Virus record (IMG/VR): IMGVR_UViG_3300029305_005484
Reading direction: 5' to 3' (one strand)
Length of the DNA stretch: 64,000 nucleotides
Source of the DNA: a virus
Taxonomy: Duplodnaviria > Caudoviricetes
Every line of letters begins with the position of its first letter. Position 1 is the stretch's first letter. The position numbers and the translations under genes were made by a program. A model generated the notes under the pieces. The model was not told the DNA's origin, ran no database searches, and saw only the letters and a program-made list of their open reading frames with translations. Below, piece after piece: positions 61,326-64,000 of the stretch.

Positions 61326-63794
61326 TTATTTTATAATCATTGATAAGATTACATCTCCCTTAGGAGTCTTAAGCATTTTATCTGCTTTTGCTGCTCTTGT
61401 TTTAACAGGTATATCTGCTACTTTAAGAGTTTCTTGTTCAGATTTCTTCTTAAAGAATGTAAGTTTCTCATTTCCAATTACAGATTTTACAGAAACTAAA
61501 TATTCATTAGGGTCTAAATTAACAAGACATAATGGTTCATCTTTCTTCTTCATTGGAGGGAAATAAACCAAATCTGTTCTTTTAACTTTACCACTTGATG
61601 TTACATATACAAGATATTTATCTTTAGGATTAATAATGTTTGCACCGAGAATATTCTCATTACCTTTAAGATTTACAATCTTAGTTCCTTTACTTCCTGG
61701 GGATTGTAATGGTATTTCGCTAATTGGTAATCTCATTCCATCACCATAATCAGTAAAGATTATGATATCATGACTATCTGTATCTGTACAAATAACAACT
61801 TCAAGTTCATCATTATCATTTAAGATGATTGCTTTTGAATTTGTTATAGCGTCCTTAGACTTAATGAGTGATGTACTCGATACTCTCTTTGCAATACCTT
61901 TCTTTGTAATCATTGTATAGAAGAATTCTGGTAATTGTGCAATATTACGAGGAATAACACTAACAGATACAATTCTATCAGACTTAGTGAATCCATCAAT
62001 AAACTTACCAATCTCAAGACCATTATTCTTTTCTTTAAGAAGTGGTAATGCTGAAACATGTATAAGATGTTTTCTACCTTTATTATCAAATAAAAGTAAA
62101 CTATCACTATCCATTGCTGGAAGAACCATCATCATACTCTTATTATCTTTTGAAACTGAACCTATTGCAGAATCTGATTTAAGAATTTTTTTGATAAATC
62201 CATCTTCAGTAATTCCGACAATACAACTATTGTCAATAGAGGCTGCTGTTTCATCATTGATAACTCTTGATAATCTTTCTCTTCCGTATTTCTTAATTCC
62301 TTCTTCCATTTCAGAAATAATAACTTCATCCACTTTAGAGTCTGATTCAATTATCTTTGAAATCTCTTTAATTTCTTTTTCTAATTCTTCAGAATCTTTA
62401 ATGAAATTCTTTCTTGAATCTTCATTAAATGATGATGTAGGCATTCCTGAAATAATCCTTGCTTGTAAACTAGTGATATTAAATTTCTTCATGAGGTTTT
62501 CACGATATTCATCGATATTTTTTGATTTCTTTGCAATATCGATAATTAAATCACTATTTTTATCTTTACATAAGAAAATCTTAATATCATTGATATGTTG
62601 ATTCTCTAATAAGTTTGCAAGTTTGTTATTAAGACTAGCTCTAACGATATCTCGACGATAGTCAATCCATTCTAATAAGAATCTTCTAATCGAATAATCA
62701 TAAGAAACAAATTCATCAATAAGTGTAATCATACAAGCATTGTGTTTCTTAAGACCTGTTTTATTCTTATAAAGTTTCTCAAGAACTTTATCTGGATTAA
62801 CTGGATTATCACCAACTTTATCTTTCAAAACGATTTCTAATAATAATCCAATTTTATCAGTCGTATAGTCGTTAATTTCTTGAATTTCATCAAAACTACC
62901 AGCCATTCTTAATGTATTAATTTGACTGATAATTTGTGTTGTGCTTGTTTGCATAGGTATTGATGTAAATGTGATTGTGTTTTGTACATAATCAATATGA
63001 GGTGTAGCTCTCATCTTAATTTTTACATCATGCTCTGCTTTTTCAAAAATCTCTTTTGCTTCTTTCTTTGTCATGATAATATCAGCACCACTAGGTAAAT
63101 CTGGATATAATACCATTTTAGCACTTGGATCTTTGATTAATTTAATTATAGCTTCACATACTTCTGTGAAATTAAACGGCGGTACGTTGCTAGAAAAAGC
63201 ATAACCTATACTTGAAAATCCACCGTTAATAATTGCTACTGGATACTTAGATGGTAGTACAACTGGTTCATAACTCTCTCCAGTATATGCAAGTCTCATG
63301 TCAACACTTGAATTCTTGAAATCACTAAAGTAGCAATCATATGCAAAATCACTAATAGATATATCAAGATAACGAGGTGCTGCAGGAGCATCGCCTTTAA
63401 TAGAACCATTGTTTCCATCTGTTGCAATAAGAGGTACATTATTCACCCATTGTTGTGACATACCAATACCAACATCTGATATACTTGCATCACCATGAGG
63501 ATGAAACTCTACTGTATTTGCACCTGCTCTTGCAAGTTTTAATTCTTTACCATGATATCTTTTATCGATATATAAAGAATATAAGAATCTTCTCTCTACA
63601 GGTTTTAATCCATCTACAAATGATGGAAAATATCTATAGAGGTTTTTATTTGCTCCGTAAATCTTTTGCCATTCTTCAGACTGCTTAGCAATGTTTACAG
63701 GAATAATTTGTTCATTAAATGAACTAGGATCAACATGCTTTTCTGAAAGCAAATCCTTTGAAGATTTAATTTTTCCCATCTTCTTTTCCTCCAT
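61326..63794 (-). CDS. gyrA: type IIA topoisomerase subunit A (GyrA/ParC-like)
   Basis: DGLKPVERR, FHPHGDASI, GNNGS, AAPRY catalytic Tyr, C-terminal beta-pinwheel repeats. Confidence 0.92.
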   Translation of the reverse strand: MEEKKMGKIKSSKDLLSEKHVDPSSFNEQIIPVNIAKQSEEWQKIYGANKNLYRYFPSFVDGLKPVERRFLYSLYIDKRYHGKELKLARAGANTVEFHPHGDASISDVGIGMSQQWVNNVPLIATDGNNGSIKGDAPAAPRYLDISISDFAYDCYFSDFKNSSVDMRLAYTGESYEPVVLPSKYPVAIINGGFSSIGYAFSSNVPPFNFTEVCEAIIKLIKDPSAKMVLYPDLPSGADIIMTKKEAKEIFEKAEHDVKIKMRATPHIDYVQNTITFTSIPMQTSTTQIISQINTLRMAGSFDEIQEINDYTTDKIGLLLEIVLKDKVGDNPVNPDKVLEKLYKNKTGLKKHNACMITLIDEFVSYDYSIRRFLLEWIDYRRDIVRASLNNKLANLLENQHINDIKIFLCKDKNSDLIIDIAKKSKNIDEYRENLMKKFNITSLQARIISGMPTSSFNEDSRKNFIKDSEELEKEIKEISKIIESDSKVDEVIISEMEEGIKKYGRERLSRVINDETAASIDNSCIVGITEDGFIKKILKSDSAIGSVSKDNKSMMMVLPAMDSDSLLLFDNKGRKHLIHVSALPLLKEKNNGLEIGKFIDGFTKSDRIVSVSVIPRNIAQLPEFFYTMITKKGIAKRVSSTSLIKSKDAITNSKAIILNDNDELEVVICTDTDSHDIIIFTDYGDGMRLPISEIPLQSPGSKGTKIVNLKGNENILGANIINPKDKYLVYVTSSGKVKRTDLVYFPPMKKKDEPLCLVNLDPNEYLVSVKSVIGNEKLTFFKKKSEQETLKVADIPVKTRAAKADKMLKTPKGDVILSMIIK

Positions 63795-63796
63795 AA

Positions 63797-64000
63797 CTAG
63801 TTATCTAAATCATCTGCATTAATTCTGAATTCCTGCATCATTTTCTTTCTTGCAATTTTATCCTTCTTACTTGTACCATGAAGTTTATCAAATACTTTAA
63901 GGTCTTTCTTAAGATCATCAATTGTAAGTTGAAGTAATACTCTTCCATTAGGATCAAGAGTCGTTTCATATAAATCTTGTGGACTCATTTCACCAAGTCC
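63797..64000 (-). CDS. gyrB: type IIA topoisomerase subunit B, C-terminal part (truncated by window edge)
   Basis: GLGEMSPQDLYETTLDP..R.LLQL. Confidence 0.88.
   Translation of the reverse strand, partial: GLGEMSPQDLYETTLDPNGRVLLQLTIDDLKKDLKVFDKLHGTSKKDKIARKKMMQEFRINADDLDN

Noticed and set aside
1-64000. Stop-codon reassignment to explain start-less frames; tRNA or rRNA genes
   Set aside because: Long genes read normally in code 11 and end in TAA, TAG or TGA; no cloverleaf or rRNA-like sequence was noticed by eye

Overview
AT-rich (roughly 25-30% GC by eye), gene-dense segment of a jumbo phage of the AR9/PBS1/phiKZ-related type, probably infecting a Firmicute (inferred from strong Shine-Dalgarno sites, an LL-H-like holin and a DUF1653 protein). 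It encodes two multisubunit RNA polymerase beta-type genes (one split by a group I intron carrying an HNH endonuclease), a GroEL-like chaperonin, primase, SF2 helicase, NAD-dependent ligase, type IIA topoisomerase A/B, a probable major capsid protein and a long repeat-built tail fibre. Two promoter classes are visible: early TATATTAT and late (A/G)ACA-N6-TA. The most unusual signal is an 84-bp imperfect hairpin present three times (8191-8274, 8553-8636, 29724-29807). On the minus strand each copy is followed, in the same reading frame, by a different start-less coding module; two of the three resemble tail or receptor-binding C-terminal domains. This looks like a dispersed library of silent cassettes that must be fused to a constant N-terminal gene by DNA recombination or RNA trans-splicing. 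The acceptor gene and the enzyme are not identifiable in this window. Several short late promoter-to-terminator units without a convincing ORF suggest a set of phage small RNAs. All family assignments are motif recognition by eye, not database searches.
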